A stretch of 24,032 nt of DNA from a virus (taxonomy: Duplodnaviria > Caudoviricetes). Position 1 is the stretch's first letter; each line of letters begins with the position of its first letter. Positions 1 to 7,277 of this stretch are shown here, one piece after another. A program made the translations under genes and the position numbers. The notes below the pieces were generated by a model. That model saw only the letters and a program-made list of their open reading frames with translations, searched no databases and was not told the DNA's origin. The stretch is from the IMG/VR virus record IMGVR_UViG_3300030095_003219, positions 1 through 24,032 of that record; one strand, given 5' to 3'.

Positions 1-2
1 CA

Positions 3-1538
3 ATTACAGAGGATATACAGGTAGATGTTACAGAGGAGGACTTAGGAACAGAGATAGTCACAACTACTACAACTACAACCACCACCACAACTACAACTGT
101 TACTAATGAAAACTCAGGTAATATTTTAGATAGCTCTAATGGGTATGTAGGGTCCAGTGATGATGGCAACATGAATATTGACTGGGGCGGTCAAGGTCCC
201 GCTTCGATGCCTACTGGCAACACGTGTGGTGAGTTAGGATCAGATAGATGTGCTCAAATTACAGGATCAGGCAATAATACTTCTACAATGGGTGTCGATG
301 GCATGGGTACAACTTTTATAATAAACAATATTGATATATCTGATTTACAAATAGATAAAGGTGGTGAGGTTAAATACTCAATTGAAGTAGAAAAACGTGA
401 CGCTCAAGACAGAATATATATGCATATTACAGGTCGTGATGGACTTGACACAGTTTTTTCAGGCACAGATATCCTATCTGAGTCTGGCATAGCATCCGGT
501 TATCAATCATATACAGGAGGTTTTGATTTTAGTGGATCTTTAAGCAGTATAACTGTTGAAGTAGGTGGTAGAGACATTAATCTTGCCATAGGACCCTTAT
601 TTGATGATGTGTCTATAGATGTATTTTACAATGTAATTAATACAGTTATAACTCAACATATAACAACCTTAGAGGAAATATATTACCTAAATATTCTTAA
701 TCCTGTAGAGATGGATTTTATAGAAGAAGTCTTTGAATATAATGACATCATTGTTGAAGATGGTTTTGTAGATTTTGTGCCTATTGAACCAGAAATGGAA
801 GAAGTATCTTATGAGACTGTAGAGCTAGAAATACAGTTTGAGATGGATTTTGACATGGACTTTGCACCTCCACCTCCTATGGATTTTGCACCTATGCCAG
901 AGCTTGTTGAAGTAGAAATGCCTGTGAATGTAGAAACAGTGACCTTAGAGATTGAAATGGAAATGGAGCTAGATTTACCACCGCCTGAAATGGTAGCCTC
1001 TGTTGAGGAGATACCTCCCCCTATGGAAGAAACCTCACCACCTATAGAACCAGAACCAATAGAAATTGAAACGGAAGAAACTCCACCTCCTATGGAAGAG
1101 ACAAAAGAAGAGGTGCCTGTAGAAGAGACTGAGCCTGAAACTGTTGAAGAAGAAACTAACGAAAAACCTCAAGAAGAATCACAGGAACCAGAACCAGAAG
1201 AACAGCCAGAACCACAAAAAGAAAAAGATCAAGAAGAAGAGCAAGAACCAGAGAAATCATCAAAGCCTAAGGTATCAGAGAAAGAAAAAGCTGCCACAAA
1301 AATTGTAAAGAAGATTGATGATAAAGCTAGGTATGATGATGCTGCGCAAATGAAAACATTAATAGTTATGCAAATATTAGGTAATACTAAAACATTCTTT
1401 GATACACAATCTATTATTGTCGATACAAACGTTAATGAATATTTAAACAAGACAATAGAAGATGAGTATGGTATTTTGTTTAATATGGCACAAGATCAAA
1501 CAATGAATGACATGGTAAACTCACAATGGCAGAAGTAA
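3..1538 (+). CDS. 5'-truncated phage protein: poly-Thr tract, beta-sandwich/carbohydrate-binding-like domain, long Pro/Glu-rich linker and helical C-terminus (probably exported or envelope-associated)
   Basis: The frame of ORF 171-1538 stays open back to position 3 (ITEDIQVDVTEEDLGTEIV, 13 Thr, VTNENSG...), so the true start lies upstream of the window. It has a Cys pair (CGELGSDRC), a GPLFDDVSI motif reminiscent of the last strand of galactose-binding-like domains, and a very acidic, Pro-rich low-complexity region at about 780-1260. Confidence 0.75.
   Translation: MTEDIQVDVTEEDLGTEIVTTTTTTTTTTTTTVTNENSGNILDSSNGYVGSSDDGNMNIDWGGQGPASMPTGNTCGELGSDRCAQITGSGNNTSTMGVDGMGTTFIINNIDISDLQIDKGGEVKYSIEVEKRDAQDRIYMHITGRDGLDTVFSGTDILSESGIASGYQSYTGGFDFSGSLSSITVEVGGRDINLAIGPLFDDVSIDVFYNVINTVITQHITTLEEIYYLNILNPVEMDFIEEVFEYNDIIVEDGFVDFVPIEPEMEEVSYETVELEIQFEMDFDMDFAPPPPMDFAPMPELVEVEMPVNVETVTLEIEMEMELDLPPPEMVASVEEIPPPMEETSPPIEPEPIEIETEETPPPMEETKEEVPVEETEPETVEEETNEKPQEESQEPEPEEQPEPQKEKDQEEEQEPEKSSKPKVSEKEKAATKIVKKIDDKARYDDAAQMKTLIVMQILGNTKTFFDTQSIIVDTNVNEYLNKTIEDEYGILFNMAQDQTMNDMVNSQWQK
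60..98 (+). repeat. Poly-threonine codon run (13 consecutive ACN codons)
   Basis: aca act act aca act aca acc acc acc aca act aca act, in the frame of the first CDS. Synonymous variation suggests the run is selected at protein level. Confidence 0.9.
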
Positions 1539-2041
1539 ATGTAGGTGGTATCTCCTTTAAAGGAGGTAAGATTTTTGGAGTTCTTATTGCATTATCTACA
1601 GCAGTAGGTGCTTTATATGGTGGCTTTGAAGTTTATAAAAGATATCTTGATATGGAAGAAAAGATTAATGAGTTTGTTGCACCTGATTTAAGTGGTTTTG
1701 ATAAAAAAATAGAGTTGTCTAAAGCAGAAATGGATAAAAGATTGGAGCTAATTGAACAGGAGTTAGACATGATAAAAACTGAAATGTCTATGATTTTAGA
1801 AGAAGTTAGTTTAGTAGCTTCAACTGCAAAAGAATTAAAAGATGATTTAAAAGCAGATTTGAGACAAATGGATGGTGATATTAGACATATTACAGAAATT
1901 GTTAATGATGTTGAAGATAGACAAAAAGAAGATAATAGAGAACTTTTAGATGAGATGAAACTTCTTGAAGAAAGTCTTGACTTAAAGATAAATAAGGCTT
2001 TAAATAATCCACTGAGTGGTATGTCCGCTAAGTCGAAATAG
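1526..2041 (+). CDS. Membrane-anchored coiled-coil protein (N-terminal TM helix, long heptad region, C-terminal NPL motif)
   Basis: Hydrophobic segment IFGVLIALSTAVGALYGGF, followed by charged heptad-rich sequence. Overlaps the upstream CDS by 13 nt. Confidence 0.8.
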   Translation: MAEVNVGGISFKGGKIFGVLIALSTAVGALYGGFEVYKRYLDMEEKINEFVAPDLSGFDKKIELSKAEMDKRLELIEQELDMIKTEMSMILEEVSLVASTAKELKDDLKADLRQMDGDIRHITEIVNDVEDRQKEDNRELLDEMKLLEESLDLKINKALNNPLSGMSAKSK

Positions 2042-2050
2042 GAGGTAGCT

Positions 2051-2104
2051 ATGTGCGATTGTAAAACAGATGAGGATTGTGTATGTCGTTTAAAATCGAA
2101 ATAA
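2051..2104 (+). CDS. 17-aa Cys-rich micro-protein MCDCKTDEDCVCRLKSK (not in ORF track)
   Basis: Perfect SD AGGAGGT at 2040-2046, overlapping the upstream TAG, 4 nt before ATG 2051. Two CxC motifs. TAA at 2102-2104. Confidence 0.6.
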   Translation: MCDCKTDEDCVCRLKSK

Positions 2105-2283
2105 AAACAATATTGCCGTATGTTGTGCTTATTGCAACGATAGGCATGACGTGGGGCATGTGGTCAGAACGTTTAAATGCAGTAGAAAAAAAGGCAGATA
2201 GTGTTGAACAAATGCAACAAGATATAGCTGTAATTAAAGAAAAAATTATTTGGATGGAATCCTATCTTAGTGGCGATCAGTAG
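2083..2283 (+). CDS. Small single-TM protein with C-terminal coiled coil (holin/spanin-like architecture, function unproven)
   Basis: ATG 2083 with GAGGA at 2072-2076 is a likelier start than 2077. TM segment ILPYVVLIATIGMTWGMW, then heptads LNAVEKKADSVEQMQQDIAVIKEKI. Confidence 0.7.
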   Translation: MSFKIEIKTILPYVVLIATIGMTWGMWSERLNAVEKKADSVEQMQQDIAVIKEKIIWMESYLSGDQ

Positions 2284-2446
2284 GTCACAAATGAGACAAC
2301 AGGTATCTAAACCTGGTATGAAAAAAACAATAAAAAAGGTTATTAAAGGCTTAAATAAAGGCTCAAAGGTTCATGCAAAACAAGCTAAAAAATTACAAGG
2401 AATAATTAATGGCAGACCCAAGAAAAGGAACCGGAAAAAAGCCTAA
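2270..2446 (+). CDS. Small basic protein MAISRSQMRQQVSKPGMKKTIKKVIKGLNKGSKVHAKQAKKLQGIINGRPKKRNRKKA (58 aa; not in ORF track)
   Basis: GTG 2270 (alternative ATG 2291) to TAA 2444-2446. Fills the gap between flanking genes and overlaps both. Lys/Arg-rich like its neighbours. Confidence 0.65.
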   Translation: MAISRSQMRQQVSKPGMKKTIKKVIKGLNKGSKVHAKQAKKLQGIINGRPKKRNRKKA

Positions 2447-2687
2447 GCGTTCCGGTAGGAGGTTATATACAGATGAAAATCCTAAAGATACTGTCCGTAT
2501 TAAATTTGCTACGCCCACGGATGCGAGAAAAACGGTTGCTAAGGTTAAAAAAATTAAAAAACCATTTGCTAGGAAAATCCAAATTCTAACTGTAGGAGAG
2601 CAACGAGCTAAAGTCATGGGTAAGACAGAAGTTGCTAATATATTTAAAAAAGGTAAGATTAGTATAAGGAGAACTAGAAAAAAATGA
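2409..2687 (+). CDS. Small basic hypothetical phage protein
   Basis: 92-aa Lys/Arg-rich ORF (DPRKGTGKKPKRSGRRLYTDENPKDTV). ATGA-type coupling to the next gene. Confidence 0.8.
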   Translation: MADPRKGTGKKPKRSGRRLYTDENPKDTVRIKFATPTDARKTVAKVKKIKKPFARKIQILTVGEQRAKVMGKTEVANIFKKGKISIRRTRKK

Positions 2688-2998
2688 CTAAATTATGTCC
2701 AAGAGGTAAAGCTGCAGCTAAGCGTAAATTTAAAGTTTACCCAAGCGCATATGCTAATGCCTACGCTTCAAAGATTTGTGCTGGTAAAATTAAAGATCCT
2801 AGCGGCGTAAAGCGTAAAGATTTTAAAGGACCTAAAAGAGCCATAGGAGGTTTATCTATTTCTCAACAACGAAAGCAGGTTTCTGCTGATCGTAAAGCAA
2901 GAGGCGGTACTAAAGGACTTAGAATGGTCGCTGCAGGTTGTGGTATGGTCGCTAACAATAGAAGAAAAAAGACTAAACTACTTACAAGAGCAGCTTAG
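2684..2998 (+). CDS. Small basic hypothetical protein with KFKVYPSAYANAY motif (possibly related to the N-terminal half of DUF5872-like viral proteins)
   Basis: 104-aa ORF; Cys pair flanking YPSAYANAY; AIGG and ARGG motifs. The family link is from memory and is unverified. Confidence 0.75.
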   Translation: MTKLCPRGKAAAKRKFKVYPSAYANAYASKICAGKIKDPSGVKRKDFKGPKRAIGGLSISQQRKQVSADRKARGGTKGLRMVAAGCGMVANNRRKKTKLLTRAA

Positions 2999-3007
2999 GA
3001 GGTAATC

Positions 3008-3115
3008 ATGTTAGATTCAATAAAAAGTAAATGGAATGCACTTAATAAGAAAGGCAAAATAATTGCCGTTGTTGTTGCAGTCGTTGCCGTTTACGCAATT
3101 TCTCAGATCGTATAA
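3008..3115 (+). CDS. 35-aa single-pass membrane peptide MLDSIKSKWNALNKKGKIIAVVVAVVAVYAISQIV (not in ORF track)
   Basis: Perfect SD AGGAGGT at 2997-3003. Basic amphipathic N-terminus followed by an uninterrupted hydrophobic helix. TAA at 3113-3115, just before the next ATG at 3119. Confidence 0.75.
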   Translation: MLDSIKSKWNALNKKGKIIAVVVAVVAVYAISQIV

Positions 3116-3118
3116 AAA

Positions 3119-3403
3119 ATGTCTGGCCACAAAGGATTAGCGAAGTGGTTCAAGCAGGATTGGAGAGACATCAGCTCGAAGAGAAAAGATGGCAGCTTCG
3201 CTAAGTGTGGTAGAACAAAACAAAAAAAAGACGCAAAACGAAAGTACCCTAAGTGTGTCCCCGCTTCAAAAGCACGTGCTATGTCAAAGGGTCAAATCAA
3301 ATCAGCAGTTTCTAGAAAAAGAGCCGCAGGCAATGTAGGCCCTAAACCCACAAACGTTAAAACAATTGTCAAGAAAAAAACACGCAGAAAAAATAAAGCT
3401 TGA
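3119..3403 (+). CDS. Small basic hypothetical protein with GLxKWFKQDWxDI / CGR / YPKCVP motifs (DUF5872-like C-terminal half, tentative)
   Basis: 94-aa Lys-rich ORF containing GLAKWFKQDWRDI, KCGR and KYPKCVPASKARAMS. Confidence 0.8.
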   Translation: MSGHKGLAKWFKQDWRDISSKRKDGSFAKCGRTKQKKDAKRKYPKCVPASKARAMSKGQIKSAVSRKRAAGNVGPKPTNVKTIVKKKTRRKNKA

Positions 3404-3950
3404 TGTTATAGATTGGTCTAAGCAAGTCTTAGAACCGATGAACAAACATCTTGGGTTTCCAGCGTGTCCGTTTGCAGCTAAATGGCGAAAAGATGGTAAA
3501 CTTAGAATAGAGGTAAGATCTGATAAGTCTAAGTACGAAAAACATTTAACATTACTTTTAAAAGATTGGAATAAAAAGAAACACGACATAATTATATTTT
3601 GTGACCCCTATTATGATCAGTATAACTTAGAGCAGTTCCAAGAAAAAATAGATTTTTATAATAAAACTTATAATAAACGAGATGTTTATTTTATGGGATT
3701 TCACCCAGAAAACCCAGCTTCCGTTGAAGAACAAGAGTTTCTTGTAGAGCCTACTGACGAAACTACATACGATAATCCTATCCCTTATTCAATGATGCTC
3801 ATACAAAAGTTCAAACAACTATATGATGCAAGTTGCAAACTACATAAGATAGGTTATTATAAAAAGTGGCCTCAGGAATACTATGATGAGGTCGTTGCAA
3901 CAAGGCAAAAAACATATGAAAAACTATTTAAAAAAGGAGTAGCATCATGA
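3366..3950 (+). CDS. DUF1415-like hypothetical protein
   Basis: Motifs W...LGFPACPFA, MGFHPE and PYSMMLIQ parallel the CPFA / FHP / PYP motifs of DUF1415 proteins. TTG start is uncertain. Confidence 0.6.
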   Translation: MSRKKHAEKIKLDVIDWSKQVLEPMNKHLGFPACPFAAKWRKDGKLRIEVRSDKSKYEKHLTLLLKDWNKKKHDIIIFCDPYYDQYNLEQFQEKIDFYNKTYNKRDVYFMGFHPENPASVEEQEFLVEPTDETTYDNPIPYSMMLIQKFKQLYDASCKLHKIGYYKKWPQEYYDEVVATRQKTYEKLFKKGVAS

Positions 3951-4108
3951 TGGGAGCAAAAAAAATGCCTGGAATGGGCATGATGGGTGGCGGTAAAAAG
4001 AAAAACGTCATGAAAAAAGGCGGCAAGAAAAAGAATGTCGTAAAGAAAAAACCTAAAAAGCGTGGCGCAGTTAAAAAGCGTGGCGGTGGCATGAAGCCAA
4101 AAATGTAA
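3947..4108 (+). CDS. 53-aa extremely basic Lys/Gly/Met-rich peptide MMGAKKMPGMGMMGGGKKKNVMKKGGKKKNVVKKKPKKRGAVKKRGGGMKPKM (not in ORF track)
   Basis: AAGGAG SD near 3934-3939, ATGA overlap with the upstream stop, and TAA 4106-4108 one base before the next ATG. 19 Lys, 2 Arg, no acidic residues. Internal repeats GGKKKNV x2 and KKRG x2. Confidence 0.8.
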   Translation: MMGAKKMPGMGMMGGGKKKNVMKKGGKKKNVVKKKPKKRGAVKKRGGGMKPKM

Positions 4109-4109
4109 T

Positions 4110-4787
4110 ATGGCTACCTCGAATACTACCACTTTTAACCTTAGTTTTGATAATATTATCGAACGAGCTTATGCTCGTTGTGGTAAGTCTATGAGAACGG
4201 GTTATGACCTAAGAGCAGCTAGAGATAATTTAAATCTATTGTTCTCTGAGTGGGGTAATCGGGGTATTCATTTATGGAAAGTAAAAAACCATACACAGAA
4301 TTTAGTTGCAGGAACAACAACTTATACTGCACCTTCTGATGCATCAGATGTACTAGAATTAGTTTTTAGAAAAATTGATGGTAGCACAACAACAGATACA
4401 AGTATGACTAAAATATCTAGATCAGAATATGAAAATGTGCCAAACAAATTTTCTCAAGGACAACCAAGTCAATATTTTATACAAAGAAATTTATCTAATG
4501 TAGCTATAAATTTATATCAAACACCAGACACTACGGACACACAAATTAATTATTTTTACGTGGGCAGAATAGAAGATGTAGGAGAATACACAAATAATCC
4601 AGATGCACCTTTTAGATTTCTACCATGCACTGTTGCAGGACTTGCATATTACTTAGGGCAAGAAGTTGCACCAGAAAAATCACAAGAATTAGAAAGAAGA
4701 TATGAGGCAGAATTACAAAGGGCACTGACAGAAGATAGTCAATCAACCTCTGTAAATATTGTGCCTAGAAGTTTTTACGTGGGGTAA
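4110..4787 (+). CDS. Putative head-tail adaptor / tail tubular protein A-like virion protein
   Basis: 225-aa ORF with IIERAYARCG, ARDNLNLLFSEWGNRGIHLW, ISRSEYENVPNK..GQPSQYF and PFRFLPC..AGLAYYL, as seen in podovirus adaptor-type proteins. It is the first gene of the tail block. Confidence 0.65.
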   Translation: MATSNTTTFNLSFDNIIERAYARCGKSMRTGYDLRAARDNLNLLFSEWGNRGIHLWKVKNHTQNLVAGTTTYTAPSDASDVLELVFRKIDGSTTTDTSMTKISRSEYENVPNKFSQGQPSQYFIQRNLSNVAINLYQTPDTTDTQINYFYVGRIEDVGEYTNNPDAPFRFLPCTVAGLAYYLGQEVAPEKSQELERRYEAELQRALTEDSQSTSVNIVPRSFYVG

Positions 4788-4790
4788 TAT

Positions 4791-5120
4791 ATGACCTTTG
4801 CAAACGGTAATCGTGCTATAGCTTTATGTGATAGATGTGGCCAACAATACAAATACTTACAACTTAGACAAGAATGGAATGGACTGTTTACCTGTCCTAG
4901 TTGTTTTGAACCAAAACATCCACAACTAGACCCAGCTTATCATGCAGCAGATGCGATCGCATTAAAAGACCCAAGACCAGCAAGACAAGAACCAGTAACT
5001 GTTTTTGCTGGTGCACCAGGTGACTCAAGTTTTACATCTGATGGAATGATACCCTCCACACAAAGCACAGAGTTGCTTATTAGCACAAGTATTGGTACAG
5101 TGACTGTGGTGATATCATGA
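4791..5120 (+). CDS. Zn-ribbon (CxxC...CxxC) hypothetical virion-module protein
   Basis: CDRC and CPSC pairs with the WNGL and EPKHPQ motifs. Lies between two adaptor-like genes. Confidence 0.75.
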   Translation: MTFANGNRAIALCDRCGQQYKYLQLRQEWNGLFTCPSCFEPKHPQLDPAYHAADAIALKDPRPARQEPVTVFAGAPGDSSFTSDGMIPSTQSTELLISTSIGTVTVVIS

Positions 5121-5809
5121 ATTATTCTGAACTTTTAGACAATGTAAGAAACTACACAGAGGTAACATCTGATGTTTTATCTAATGCTGTGGTAAATGTC
5201 TTCATAACTAATATAGAAAATCAGATTGACAGATTAGTAGATACAGATGCGCAAAGAAGATATGCAACATCAGCGCTTATAGCGAACAATAGTTTTTTAG
5301 ATGTATCTGGACCAGAGGGTGGTTTTAGGTTTGCTAGGGGTTTACAATTACATAAATCAGATGGCAATATTGAATGGCTAGAGCAAGTAGATACTACTTT
5401 TATTGATGAGTACGCAGTTCAAAGATCTACATCAAATACAAGTTTTACAGGTGAGCCTAGATATTGGGCTAACTGGGATTCCACAACATTAATTGTAGCA
5501 CCTACTCCTAACTTAGCTTACACAGTAGAAATGTGGTATGACGAAACACCTGAGAGAATAGGTAACGGTTCAGGTAGCACTTCTACTACAACTTTTGTTT
5601 CTAATAATGCACCAGAGGTTTTATTGTATGGTGTCTTGTCAGAAGCGTATTCATACTTGAAAAATACTCAAGATATGCAATTATACACACAAAAGTTCCA
5701 GACTGCCTTACAGGCTTTTGCTAATGAGCAAATGGGACGTAAACGAAGAGACGAGTATGTTGATGGAGTTTTAAGAGTACCCTTACCATCAGCAGACCCA
5801 AAAGCCTAA
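5117..5809 (+). CDS. Second putative adaptor/connector virion protein
   Basis: MNYSELLDNVRNYTE start, GEPRYWA, VAPTPN..Y.VEMWY and NAPEVLLYGVL.EAY.YLK motifs typical of phage adaptor-like proteins. ATGA coupling. Confidence 0.65.
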   Translation: MNYSELLDNVRNYTEVTSDVLSNAVVNVFITNIENQIDRLVDTDAQRRYATSALIANNSFLDVSGPEGGFRFARGLQLHKSDGNIEWLEQVDTTFIDEYAVQRSTSNTSFTGEPRYWANWDSTTLIVAPTPNLAYTVEMWYDETPERIGNGSGSTSTTTFVSNNAPEVLLYGVLSEAYSYLKNTQDMQLYTQKFQTALQAFANEQMGRKRRDEYVDGVLRVPLPSADPKA

Positions 5810-5823
5810 GGAGGGCATAAAAT

Positions 5824-6267
5824 ATGACAATAAATCAAGCAGTCTGTGCTTCCTTCAAACAGGAGTTGCTAGCGGGAGATCATGATATTGATAATGATAC
5901 AATTAATCTCGCTCTTTATACAAGTTCTGCAACTTTAAATGGAAACACAACAGCCTATGCTACAACTAATGAAGTTGGGGCATCAGGAACATATGCGGCA
6001 GGTGGTGCAACTCTAACGAGTCCAACCATTGGCTTAACTAAAACAAGTGCAACAGCTTCAACAGCTTTTGTTGATTTTGCAAACGTAAGTTTTACTTCTG
6101 CAACTATTTCTGCTCAAGCAGCATTGATCTACAACAGATCATCAGCAAATACAAATGCAGCTATCGCAGTTTTAGATTTCGGTGCAGTAAAGACATCAAC
6201 AAACGGTACATTTACAATCGCATTCCCAACAAACGATGCATCAAGTGCTATATTAAGATTATCTTAA
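5824..6267 (+). CDS. Virion structural / tail-associated protein
   Basis: SD TAAGGAGG at 5807-5814. SFKQELL.G.HD...D.I.LALYT and AALIYN...AIAVLDFG..KTST.GTFTI.FP motifs, typical of small tail/fibre-base proteins. Ala/Thr-rich. Confidence 0.7.
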   Translation: MTINQAVCASFKQELLAGDHDIDNDTINLALYTSSATLNGNTTAYATTNEVGASGTYAAGGATLTSPTIGLTKTSATASTAFVDFANVSFTSATISAQAALIYNRSSANTNAAIAVLDFGAVKTSTNGTFTIAFPTNDASSAILRLS

Positions 6268-6284
6268 TATAGGAGATCATTACC

Positions 6285-7271
6285 ATGGCAGATGCTTGGA
6301 ATGAGGGCACGTGGGGGCAAGGCTTTTGGGGACAACAAAGTTCCATAACAGTTACCCTTACGGGTGTTTCCTCCACATTTGCTTTAGGAACTGAGTCAGT
6401 TGTCGCTGACAGTTTAGTAACATTAGACTCCTTACAAGTATCTTCAGCTTTAGGCTCCGCAACAGGGGAAGCTGAATCAATTTATCCTTTAACAGGTGTT
6501 TCATCTCAATTTAATTTAGGCACTCCTAGCATAGAAGAAGGCACAGATGTAGTTCTTGGCAGTCTTTCTATGGCATTTACTGCAGGGGACGAGACAGCCT
6601 CTGGAACAGTCGATGCTGGTTGGGGTAGATCTACATGGGGATCTTTTGCATGGAATGAAAATATAACTCAAGAGGTTAGTGTCACTGGAGTGACAATGGC
6701 CACTTCTCTTGGCACAACAACACAAGAAGTTGGAACAGGCGTAATCGTATCTGCCACAGGTCTAGGCATGACAAGTACCTTAGGTACTACATCACAAACA
6801 GGCACCGCGGTAGAAACTCTTGACAGTTTAACAATAGGTGCGGCTTTGTCAGGCGCTTCAGGAATTACTGGTGAAGGTAATATTGGAGTCATAGCTCCTT
6901 CTGATCAATTAGACTTTGCAATTGGTACCCCTGTCATTGACATCTTTACACAAGTAGATCCTGTCGGTGTTTCTGCAACTACATCACTTGGAACTGCTGT
7001 AGCAGAAGCAGATGCATTAGTTACACTTGGTAGTTTATCCAGTAGCTTCTCATTAGGCACAGAAACTGTGGAGGTTGGCACAGGAGTAATCGTCAGCGTA
7101 TCTACAGTAGCTTTATCTTTTGCTACAGGCACAGAAACAGCGACAGGTGGAGCCATAGTTGATATTACAGGATTAAGTATGACTACTGCCTTAGGAGATC
7201 CATTTAGCACCCCTTGGGCTAATGTGGTAACAGGTGCAACTAATACCTGGACAGAGGTAGATGCAGCATAA
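6285..7271 (+). CDS. Gly/Ser/Thr/Val-rich repetitive fibre- or spike-like virion protein
   Basis: AGGAG SD at 6271-6275. Roughly 22-aa degenerate repeats (V.LTGVS.T..LGT), a duplicated EVGTGVIVS, and two Trp-Gly pentad clusters. One Arg and no Lys. Confidence 0.7.
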   Translation: MADAWNEGTWGQGFWGQQSSITVTLTGVSSTFALGTESVVADSLVTLDSLQVSSALGSATGEAESIYPLTGVSSQFNLGTPSIEEGTDVVLGSLSMAFTAGDETASGTVDAGWGRSTWGSFAWNENITQEVSVTGVTMATSLGTTTQEVGTGVIVSATGLGMTSTLGTTSQTGTAVETLDSLTIGAALSGASGITGEGNIGVIAPSDQLDFAIGTPVIDIFTQVDPVGVSATTSLGTAVAEADALVTLGSLSSSFSLGTETVEVGTGVIVSVSTVALSFATGTETATGGAIVDITGLSMTTALGDPFSTPWANVVTGATNTWTEVDAA

Positions 7272-7277
7272 AAAGTG

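Noticed and set aside
60-1260. Repetitive DNA in the first ORF considered as a microsatellite, CRISPR-like or DGR-type repeat
   Set aside because: The repeats are codon-phased with synonymous variation, have no spacer structure, and there is no reverse transcriptase or cas gene in the window.
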